Shown: positions 1-9,268, numbered from the stretch's first letter. The stretch is 20,553 nt of DNA from Macrostomum lignano (GCA_002269645.1 NIVC01005221.1:1-20553); one strand, 5' to 3'. Notes: a model not told the origin generated them from the sequence alone. Program-made: numbers and translations.

Positions 1-12
1 ACATATAAACAA

Positions 13-55
13 ATCTCTCTCTCTATCTATCTATCTATCTATCTATCTGTCTCTC

Positions 56-85
<30 letters not shown>
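13..85. repeat. (TC)n/(TATC)n compound microsatellite at the left edge of the array
   Basis: atctctctctctatctatctatct...ctgtctctctctatctatct...atc runs directly into the TCTTAATACTAAAG head of U1. Confidence 0.95.
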
Positions 86-87
<2 letters not shown>

Positions 88-905
88 AATACTAAAGTTG
101 GTGCGTTGTTTGTTTGTTTGTTTGTCTGTTTGTTTGTAGGATATCTCCTCCTAGACTACGTGCAACTCAGCGTTGAAACTTATATGGGAATACTGCAAAT
201 TTTCCGGAATCGGCTTTAGGCTGTTTTAATCTTTCATTTTTTAATTTTAAGATCCCTAAAAAAGCAGAAATCTGATTTCCTAACCTTCTCTGGACACTTT
301 TTCTGCTCGGAGCTGAAAATTGGCATAAATTTTGAGTGATTACGCCACAACTTTTTCCTATGTCGCCAGTGCATTTTCTCTCCTGTGGGGGAATGGGCGC
401 GTTCTCATTGGCGGGCGTGTGTACAATCGGACCCTGGCTCACTGGCTGACTTTATAGACAATGTGCGCAACTATTTGTGTTCTGTTTTTTAACAGGAAGC
501 CTGTGTATTTTTTGCACAGTGAAATTCAGTGCATTTTAATGCATAAACTCGCGAGCATCTTTAGCAGGCAGTGAAGCGTACACTCGATATTTCAATGCTT
601 AAAATCAGAAAGTTTCAAACGCTAACTGTTGCTCGATTTTTAACTTTGAGAGACGAGACTTTTATTGCTGGAAAGAGCTTGCAGCGCTGAGTTCGGGATA
701 TAAGTTTTTTGCTTTAAATATGAAAATTAAATTCACAGCATTCAAGAAAAGATTTTCATACTTTTAGCTTTCTGCAAAGATTGTTCTCATTTTGGAGTTC
801 AATGGGGGTTCGACCGACCCCCAATAGTTGGTGGGGGGGGTTCAATTTCTAGCTGCACTGCGTATTGGAAGGGGGGTCGGTTGCTGTGTATTGGAGGGTT
901 GATTT

Positions 906-919
906 AGATTGCGCAATCT
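906..919. promoter_or_regulatory. 14-bp palindrome AGATTGCGCAATCT containing the C/EBP consensus ATTGCGCAAT (representative; about three TTGCGCAA cores per unit)
   Basis: Motif match only, no binding evidence. U4 sites 3973, 4376, 4433; U6 sites 7469, 7871, 7928; U8 sites 12411, 12831, 12889. Confidence 0.45.
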
Positions 920-1028
920 TTGTGTTAACTTTAACTGAGGCTGATACTGACTGCCTGAGAAATAAGTTGCGCAATTTAATTGGTTCAATGTTTTTACGGC
1001 GCCGTTCAACACGCAGCTGTGTGTAGCT

Positions 1029-1052
1029 CTAACCCTAACCCTAACCCTAACC
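1029..1052 (-). repeat. Telomere-type tract (TTAGGG on - strand), 4 x CTAACC, U1
   Basis: ctaaccctaaccctaaccctaacc. Confidence 0.95.
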
Positions 1053-1084
1053 AATGAATTCTGAGAGCTGGGCTGTTTGACGTA

Positions 1085-1218
1085 GAAATTTCGATTTAGT
1101 CCAGTTTCACGGAGAGGATTTCTATTTCGCGGAGAATATTTCGATGGTGTTCAGTTTCACGGAGAGGAATTTCGATAGTGTTCAGTTTCACGGAGACGAT
1201 TTCTGTTGCGCGGAGAGG
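1085..1218 (+). repeat. ~20-30 bp minisatellite (TTCAGTTTCACGGAGAGGATTTCGATGGTG type), short-unit version
   Basis: About five degenerate copies; equivalents at ~3365-3498, ~6862-6993, ~15803-15937 and truncated at ~2315-2370. Confidence 0.85.
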
Positions 1219-1288
1219 TGTTGGAAAATGGGATTCCGCTGATGGAGTTCAGGGAATGGAATTCCGCTGATTGGAGTTCTTCCCCTTT

Positions 1289-1314
1289 CTTCTCCGAAGG
1301 AGGAGTTGGCCTCG
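1289..1314 (+). other. 3' subterminal hairpin and end, short-class allele (CTTCTCC-GAA-GGAGGAG-TTGGC-CTCG)
   Basis: 7-bp stem with one T.G mismatch, GAA loop, 9 nt before the end. Same allele at 3568-3593, 7064-7089, 16007-16032. Position matches the Helitron termination hairpin. Confidence 0.8.
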
Positions 1315-2370
1315 TCTTAATACTAAAGTTGGTGCGTTGTTTGTCTGTGTGTGTGTGTGTTTGTTGGATAACTCCTCCTAGAATACTTGCAAGTCAGCGT
1401 TGAAACTTATATGGGAAAACTGCAAATTTTCCGAGGATGGCTTTAGGCTATTTTAATCTTTCATTTTCAATTTTTAAGATCCCTAAAAAAGCAGAAAATG
1501 GCGGTCTTGACCTTTGATAATCTTAATTGTCCCCTCTTTCTGCTTGGAGCTGAAAATTTGTATCAATTTTAGTGATTGCGCCATAAAATTTTTCTATCTT
1601 GGCAGTGTATTTTCTCTCAAGTGGGGGGATGGGCGCGTTCTCATTGGCGGCGTGTGTACAATTGGACCCTGGCTCACTGGCTGACTTTATAGACAATTGC
1701 GCAACTATTTGTGTTCTGTTTTTTAACAGGAAGCCCTGTGTATTTTTTGCACAGTGAAATTCAGTGCATTTTAATGCATAAACTCGCGAGCATCTTTAGC
1801 AGGCAGTGAAGGTACACTCGATATTTCAATGCTTAAAATCAGAAAGTTTCAAACACTAACTGTTGCTCGAGTTTTGAACTTAGAGAGGAGAGACTTATAT
1901 TGCTGGAAAGATCTTGCTGCGATGAGTTCGGGGATATAAGTTTTTTGCTTTAAATATGAAAATTAAATTCACAGCATTCAAGAAAAGATTTTCATACTTT
2001 TAGCTTTCTGCAAAGATTGTGCTCATTTTGGAGTTCTATGGGGGTTCGACGACCCCCCAATAGTTGGTGGGGGGGAGTTCAATTTCTAGCTGCACTGCGT
2101 ATTGGAAGGGGGTCGGTTGCTGTGTATTTGAGGGTTGATTTAGATTGCGCAATCTTTTTGTTAACTTTAACTGAGGCTGATACTGACTGCCTGAGAAATA
2201 AGTTGCGCAATTTAATTGGTTCAATGTTTTTACGGCGCCTTTCAACACGCAGCTGTGTGTAGCTCTAACCCTAACCCTAACCAATGAATTCTGAGAGCTG
2301 GGCTATTTGACGTAGAAATTTCGATTTAGTCCAGTTTCACGGAGAGGATTTCTATTTCGCGGAGAATATT
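1315..2370 (+). mobile_element. U2, short unit truncated at its 3' end (no hairpin or CTCG)
   Basis: Starts TCTTAATACTAAAG at 1315, follows U1 up to GGAGAATATT (2361-2370), then jumps to the next head; ~174 bp missing relative to U1. Confidence 0.75.
2265..2282 (-). repeat. Telomere-type tract, 3 x CTAACC, U2
   Basis: ctaaccctaaccctaacc. Confidence 0.9.
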
Positions 2371-3593
2371 TTAATACTAAAGTTGGTGCGTTGTTTGTTT
2401 GTTTGTTTGTCTGTTTGTTTGTAGGATATCTCCTCCTAGACTACGTGCAACTCAGCGTTGAAACTTATATGGGAATACTGCAAATTTTCCGGAATCGGCT
2501 TTAGGCTGTTTTAATCTTTCATTTTTTAATTTTAAGATCCCTAAAAAAGCAGAAATCTGATTTCCTAACCTTCTCTGGACACTTTTTCTGCTCGGAGCTG
2601 AAAATTTGCATAAATTTTGAGTGATTACGCCACAACTTTTTCCTATGTCGCCAGTGCATTTTCTCTCCTGTGGGGGAATGGGCGCGTTCTCATTGGCGGC
2701 GTGTGTACAATTGGACCCTGGCTCACTGGCTGACTTTATAGACAATTGCGCAACTATTTGTGTTCTGTTTTTTAACAGGAAGCCCTGTGTATTTTTTGCA
2801 CAGTGAAATTCAGTGCATTTTAATGCATAAACTCGCGAGCATCTTTAGCAGGCAGTGAAGGTACACTCGATATTTCAATGCTTAAAATCAGAAAGTTTCA
2901 AACACTAACTGTTGCTCGAGTTTTGAACTTAGAGAGGAGAGACTTATATTGCTGGAAAGATCTTGCTGCGATGAGTTCGGGGATATAAGTTTTTTGCTTT
3001 AAATATGAAAATTAAATTCACAGCATTCAAGAAAAGATTTTCATACTTTTAGCTTTCTGCAAAGATTGTGCTCATTTTGGAGTTCAATGGGGGTTCGACC
3101 GACCCCCCAATAGTTGGTGGGGGGGGTTCAATTTCTAGCTGCACTGCGTATTGGAAGGGGGGTCGGTTGCTGTGTATTTGAGGGTTGATTTAGATTGCGC
3201 AATCTTTTTGTTAACTTTAACTGAGGCTGATACTGACTGCCTGAGAAATAAGTTGCGCAATTTAATTGGTTCAATGTTTTTACGGCGCCTTTCAACACGC
3301 AGCTGTGTGTAGCTCTAACCCTAACCCTAACCAATGAATTCTGAGAGCTGGGCTGTTTGACGTAGAAATTTCGATTTAGTCCAGTTTCACGGAGAGGATT
3401 TCTATTTCGCGGAGAATATTTCGATGGTGTTCAGTTTCACGGAGAGGATTTCGATAGTGTTCAGTTTCACGGAGACGATTTCTGTTGCGCGGAGAGGTGT
3501 TGGAAAATGGGATTCCGCTGATGGAGTTCAGGGAATGGAATTCCGCTGATTGGAGTTCTTCCCCTTTCTTCTCCGAAGGAGGAGTTGGCCTCG
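2371..3593 (+). mobile_element. U3, short unit (1223 bp), head lacks a clean TC
   Basis: Starts TTAATACTAAAG; hairpin 3568-3584; end TTGGCCTCG. Confidence 0.75.
3315..3332 (-). repeat. Telomere-type tract, 3 x CTAACC, U3
   Basis: ctaaccctaaccctaacc. Confidence 0.9.
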
Positions 3594-4495
3594 TCTGTAT
3601 ATACTAAAGTTGGTGCGATGTTTGTGTGTTTGTTTGTCTGTTGCATAACTCCTCCTAGAATACTTGCAACTCAGCGTTGAAACTTATATTGGAAAACTGC
3701 AAATTTTCCGAGGATGGCTTTAGGCTATTTTAATCTTTCATTTTTACATTTTAAGATCCCTAAAAAAGCAGAAAACGGCGGTTTTGACCTTTGATAATCT
3801 TATTTGTCCCCTCTTTCTGCTTGGAGCTGAAAAAATGCACGAATTTTTAGTGATTGCGCCACAACTTTTCCCTATCTCTGTAGTGTATTTTCTTTCCAGT
3901 GGGGGGTGGGAGCGTTCTCAGTGGCTGCGTGTGTACACTTGGACCCTGGCTTACTGGCTGACTGTATAGATAATTGCGCAATGATATGGCTACTGATAAG
4001 TTTTCCTGCCTCTCAATGGGCAGCCCTGTGTATTTGTTGGACATTGAAATTCAATGCATCAACTTGCAAGCAGGCAGTGAACGTACACTCCATACTTCAA
4101 TGCTATAAATCAGACAGTTTCAAACGCTAACTGTTCCTCGAGTTTTAAACTTTGAGAGAAGAGACTTATATTGCTGGAAAGATCTTGCAACGCTGAGTTC
4201 GGGGATATAAATTGTTTGCTTTAAATATGAAAAGAAAAAGCACAGCATTTGAAAAACTATTTCCATACTTTTAACTTTTTGCAAATATTGTACTCAGTTT
4301 TGCAAGACGTAATAGATAAAGTTGGGGGGAGGGTTCAACTTCTCACTACTGCTGTGGATTGGAGGGTTGATTTAGATTGCGCAATCTTTTTTTAACTTTA
4401 ACTGAGACTGATACTGACTGACTGAGAAATCGGTTGCGCAATCAATTGATTCAATTGGTTCAATTTTTTATTTGGACACGCAGCTGTGTGTAGCT

Positions 4496-4531
4496 CTAAC
4501 CCTGACCCTAACCCTAACAATAACCCTAACC
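4496..4531 (-). repeat. Degenerate telomere-type tract, 6 hexamers, U4
   Basis: CTAACC CTGACC CTAACC CTAACA ATAACC CTAACC. Confidence 0.9.
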
Positions 4532-4709
4532 AATGAATCCTGATATTTTATTCTTTTTGACGGAGAAAATTTCAATTGAGTCCAGTTTTAAAGAGATCAT
4601 TTCGATGGTTTTCAGTTTCACGAAGAGGATTTCGATGGTTTTCAGTTGCACAGACAAGATTGCTGCTTCGCGGAGAGGATCTTGATGGATTTGGCATCTT
4701 CAATCAGTC

Positions 4710-5372
4710 AGAGAAGAGAGTAAAGAGAAGAATGAAAAAAGAAAAGAGATGAGATGATAGACAATAGAGTAGAAATGAGTGGAGAGATTAGACATGACAG
4801 ATGGAAGAGAAGAGGGGAGTAAGGCGGGGACGAAGGAGAGAGGAGATGAGAGGGGCGATATGAGATAGCAAAGGGAGAAAAGAGAGATTATAGGAGAGAG
4901 AATAGATTAGGGATAAGAGCATACAGAGGAAATAGAAGAGAGGGGAGAGTAGAGGGGAACGAAAAAGTGAGATGGGGGATGAGAAATGAGAGAGGAGGGG
5001 AGAGAGAAGAGAGGAGAAAAGAGGGGAGAAAGGAGACAGGAGAGAGTACAGAAGAAAGACCACTGAGAAGTTATAAATAAGGTAGTAGAGATGAGAGGAG
5101 AGAGATGAAAGATCAGAGATAAGAGAGTGTAGAGAGGAAAGTAGTGAGGAGAGGAGAGATGACAGATGCGATAAAAAGAGATGAGTGAGAACATAAGAGA
5201 GAAGAGATTAGAGATTAGAGAAGAGAGGGGAGAAGATGACAGGAGCAATGAAGAGGATAGAAAAGAGAGAAGAGAAGAGACAGGGGATAGTGGAAAGGAG
5301 GAAAGAAGGATGGGAGACAAGAAAGTAGAGTGTTAGAGCGTAAATGAGATATGAGAAATGAGAGCAGAGAGG

Positions 5373-5423
<51 letters not shown>

Positions 5424-5696
5424 GGTTAAGAGAGACGATAGATAAGTGAGTAGAGATGACATATGAGAGAGGAGAGAAGAAGGAGAGATAGGAGAGAAGA
5501 GAGGAGACAAGAGAGAAGTGAAGAGGAGATATATGAGACAAGAGAGGAGACAAGAGACAGGAGAGGGTACAGACGAAAGACGAGGGTGAAGACATAAATA
5601 AGGAAGTAGGGGTAGAGATGAGATGAGAGTGAGGAGAAAGAAGAGAGTCACTATAATAGCGAAGAGAGGAGAGAGGAGATATGAGAGACATGAAAG
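4710..5696 (+). repeat. Polypurine GA-rich low-complexity block, U4
   Basis: Mostly A/G on +; uninterrupted purine run 5366-5425 with (GA)n. Confidence 0.95.
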
Positions 5697-5854
5697 TCTT
5701 TGAGCTATGGTCTTTGAAAGGTTTTGCAAAAAAAATTGGAGAAGATTTGGAAGATAGGGTTCAAGACATGGAATTTCAGTTGATGGATATTTCAGGAAAT
5801 AGAATTCCGGTGATGGAAGTTCTTCCCCTTTCTCCTCCGAAGGAGGAGTTCCAC

Positions 5855-7089
5855 TCTACATATACTAAAGTTCACGCGTTGTTTGTCTGTGTGTGTGTGT
5901 GTTTGTTGGATAACTCCTCCTAGAATACTTGCAAGTCAGCGTTGAAACTTATATGGGAAAACTGCAAATTTTCCGAGGATGGCTTTAGGCTATTTTAATC
6001 TTTCATTTTCAATTTTTAAGATCCCTAAAAAAGCAGAAAATGGCGGTCTTGACCTTTGATAATCTTAATTGTCCCCTCTTTCTGCTTGGAGCTGAAAATT
6101 TGCATCAATTTTAGTGATTGCGCCATAAAATTTTTCTATCTTGGCAGTGTATTTTCTCTCAAGTGGGGGATGGTCGCGTTCTCAGTGGCTGCGTGTGTAC
6201 ACTTGAACCCTGGCTCACTGACTGACTTTATAGACAATTGCGCAACTATTTGTGTTCTGTTTTTTAACAGGAAGCCCTGTGTATTTTTTGCACAGTGAAA
6301 TTCAGTGCATTTTAATGCATAAACTTGCGAGCATCTTTAGCAGGCAGTGAACGTACACTCGATATTTCAATGCTTAAAATCAGAAAGTTTCAAACACTAA
6401 CTGTTGCTCGAGTTTTGAACTTAGAGAGGAGAGACTTATATTGCTGGAAAGATCTTGCTGCAATGAGTTCGGGGATATAAGTTTTTTGCTTTAAATATGA
6501 AAATTAAATTCACAGCATTCAAGAAAAGATTTTCATACTTTTAGCTTTCTGCAAAGATTGTGCTCATTTTGGAGTTCAATGGGGGTTCGACCGACCCCCC
6601 AATAGTTGGTGGGGGGTTCAATTTCTAGCTGCACTGCGTATTGGAAGGGGGGTCGGTTGCTGTGTATTTGAGGGTTGATTTAGATTGCGCAATCTTTTTG
6701 TTAACTTTAACTGAGGCTGATACTGACTGCCTGAGAAATAAGTTGCGCAATTTAATTGGTTCAATGTTTTTACGGCGCCTTTCAACACGCAGCTGTGTGT
6801 AGCTCTAACCCTAACCCTAACCCTAACCAATGAATTCTGAGAGCTGGGCTGTTTGACGTAGAAATTTCGATTTAGTCCAGTTTCACGGAGAGGATTTCTA
6901 TTTCGCGGAGAATATTTCGATGGTGTTCAGTTTCACGGAGAGGATTTCGATAGTGTTCAGTTTCACGGAGACGATTTCTGTTGCGCGGAGAGGTGTTGGA
7001 AAATGGGATTCCGCTGATGGAGTTCAGGGAATGGAATTCCGCTGATTGGAGTTCTTCCCCTTTCTTCTCCGAAGGAGGAGTTGGCCTCG
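5855..7089 (+). mobile_element. U5, short unit (~1235 bp)
   Basis: Starts TCTACATATACTAAAG; hairpin 7064-7080; end TTGGCCTCG. Confidence 0.75.
6805..6828 (-). repeat. Telomere-type tract, 4 x CTAACC, U5
   Basis: Direct reading. Confidence 0.95.
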
Positions 7090-7999
7090 TCTATATATAC
7101 TAAAGTTGACGCGTTGTTTGTCTGTCTGTATGTCAGTTCGATAACTCCTCCTAGAATACTTGCAACTCAGCGTTGAAACTTATATGGGAAAACTGCAAAT
7201 TTTCCGAGGATGGCTTTAGGCTATTTTAATCTTTCATTTTCAATTTTAAGATCCCTAAAAAAGCAGAAAACGGCGGTCTTGACCTTTGATAATCTTAATT
7301 GTCCCCTCTTTCTGCTCGGAGCTGAAAATTGGCATAAATTTTGAGTGATTACGCCACAACTTTTTCCTATGTCGCCAGTGCATTTTCTCTCCTGTGGGGG
7401 AATGGGCGCGTTCTCATTGGCGGCGTGTGTACAATTGGACCCTGGCTCACTGGCTGACTTTATAGATAATTGCGCAATGATATGGCTACTGATAAGTTTT
7501 CCTGCCTATCAATGGGCAGTCCTGTGTATTTGTTGGACATTGAAATTCAATGCATCAACTTGCAAGCAGGCAGTGAACGTACACTCGATACTTCAATGCT
7601 ATAAATCAGACAGTTTCAAACGCTAACTGTTCCTCGAGTTTTAAACTTTGAGAGGAGAAACTTATATTGCTGGCAAGATCTTGCAACGCTGAGTTCGGGG
7701 ATATAAGTTGTTTGCTTTAACTATGAAAAGAAAAAGCACAGCATTTGGAAAACTATTTCCATACTTTTAACTTTTGCAAATATTGTACTCAGTTTTGCAA
7801 GACGTAATAGATAAAGTTGGGGGGAGGGTTCAACTTCTCACTACAGCTGTGGATTGGAGGGTTGATTTAGATTGCGCAATCTTTTGTTAACTTTACCTGA
7901 GGCTGATACTGACTGACTGTGAAATCGGTTGCGCAATGAATTGATTCAATTAGTTCAATATTTTTATCTGTGCCTTTTAACACGAAGCTGTGCGTAGTT

Positions 8000-8027
8000 C
8001 TAACCCTAACCCTAACCCTAACCCTAA
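8000..8027 (-). repeat. Telomere-type tract, 4 x CTAACC + CTAA, U6
   Basis: Four full GGG runs on the - strand. Confidence 0.95.
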
Positions 8028-8054
8028 TGAATCTGGCGAGTTGAGTTGTTTGAC

Positions 8055-8398
8055 GGAAAAAATTCGATTAAGTCAAGTTTAGCGGAGACGATTTCAATGT
8101 TTAAATTCTGACGGAGAAGATTTCTGTTTCGTGGAGAGGATTTCGATGATGTTCAGTTTCACGAAAGGATTTCCATGGTGTTCAGTTTCACGGAGAGGAT
8201 TTCGATCATGTTCAGCTTCACGGAGAGGCTTTCTGTTTCGCTGAGATAATTTATGATTGATTTCTGTTTTATGGAAACAATTTTGATGGATTCAGTTTCA
8301 AGGAGAGGATTTCGAAGGAGTCCAGTTTCACTGAGAGGATTTCGATGGTTTTTAGTTGCACAGACAGGATTTTTGCTTCGCGGAGAGGATTTGATGGA
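8055..8398 (+). repeat. Expanded ~30-bp minisatellite, U6
   Basis: Repeated GGAGAGGATTTC core; related arrays at ~4560-4690 (U4), ~10730-11006 (U7), ~19700-20015 (U11). Confidence 0.85.
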
Positions 8399-8418
8399 TT
8401 TGGCATCTTCAATCAGTC

Positions 8419-9134
8419 AGAGAAGAGAGTAAAGAGAAGACTGAAAAGAGAAGAGAGAAGAGATGATAGAAAACAGAGTAAATTGAGTGGAGAGATTAGA
8501 CATGACAGATTGGAGATGATAGGAGAGAGAATAGATGAGGGATAAGAGCGTACAGAGGCAATAGAAGAGAGGGGAGAGTAGAGGAGAAAGAAAGAGTGAG
8601 ATGAGGAGATGAGGAGATGAGGATGAGAGAGGAGGGGAGAGAGGAGACAGGAGAGAGTACAGACGAAAGACTAGGGAGAAGATATAAATAAGGTAGTAAA
8701 GATGAGAGGAGAGAGAGGAGAGAGAAGCGAAAGGAGAAGAGAGTGAGGAGAGAGGAGAGAGATGAAAGGAGCAAGGAAAGGAGAAAAGAGAGAATGGAGA
8801 GAATAGAAAAGAGAGAAGAGAAGAGACAGGGGATAGTGAAAAGGAGGAAGAAAGATGGGAGACAAGAAAGTAGTGTCAGAGCGTATATGAAATATGAGAA
8901 ATGAGAGCAGAGAGAAGAGAAAAGAGAAGAGAGAGAGAGGGTTAAGAGAGACGATAGATAAGTGAGTAGAGATGACATATGAGAGAGGAGAGAAGAGGGA
9001 GAGATAAGAGTGAAGAGAGGAGACAGAAGACAGGAGAAGGTACAGACGAAAGACGAGGGAGAAGAGATAAATAAGGGAGCAGGGGTAGAGATGAGATGAG
9101 AGAGAGGAGAGAGGAGATATGAGAGACTTGAGAG
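8419..9134 (+). repeat. Polypurine block, U6
   Basis: Same entry (CAATCAGTCAGAGAAGAGAG) and exit (GAGTCTTTGAGCTAT) anchors as U4. Confidence 0.95.
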
Positions 9135-9268
9135 TCTTTGAGCTATGGTCTTTGAAAGATTTTGTAAAGAATTTGGAGACGATTTGGAAGATAGGGTTAA
9201 AGACATGGAATTTCAGTTGATGGATATTTCAGGGAATAGAATTCCGGTGATGGGAGTTCTTCCCCTTT

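Larger units (their letters stand above)
84..1314 (+). mobile_element. U1, short non-autonomous Helitron-like unit (1231 bp)
   Basis: A|TC start at 83/84, GTTT microsatellite, conserved core, (CTAACC)4, 30-bp subrepeats, hairpin 1289-1305, end TTGGCCTCG. Helitron assignment rests on terminal architecture, not a database match. Confidence 0.75.
3594..5854 (+). mobile_element. U4, long unit (~2.26 kb) with polypurine block
   Basis: Starts TCTGTATATACTAAAG; perfect hairpin 5832-5848; end collapsed with the next head (TTCCAC|TCTACATATAC). Confidence 0.75.

Noticed and set aside
167-442. Recurrent 60-100 aa ORFs in the core on both strands
   Set aside because: They recur only because the DNA repeats. 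Starts, stops and frames vary between units, and no HUH, helicase, RT or transposase motif is recognisable.
435-820. Pol III A-box-like TGGCTCACTGG (~435) and B-box-like GGTTCGACC (~807), suggesting a SINE
   Set aside because: About 370 bp apart (far beyond tRNA-type spacing), imperfect, with no tRNA fold, poly-A tail or target duplication.
1007-1024. Imperfect palindrome ACACGCAGCTGTGTGT with a central E-box next to the telomeric tract
   Set aside because: The CAGCTG core is lost in U6, U7, U8, U10 and U11 (GAAGCTG) and a 6-mer match is uninformative.
1029-1052. True chromosome end, or units phased at the telomeric tract like Y' elements
   Set aside because: Tracts are only 18-42 bp with constant flanks, and both independent boundaries fall at the head rather than at the tract.
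1240-1270. Hammerhead ribozyme / retrozyme explanation for the tandem array
   Set aside because: The closest match is CTGATGG, not CUGANGA, and I found no complete core with GAAA and three stems on either strand by eye. An Infernal scan would be decisive.
8055-8398. CRISPR-like appearance of ~30-bp repeats
   Set aside because: Repeats are contiguous and degenerate with no unique spacers; eukaryotic repeat context and no cas genes.
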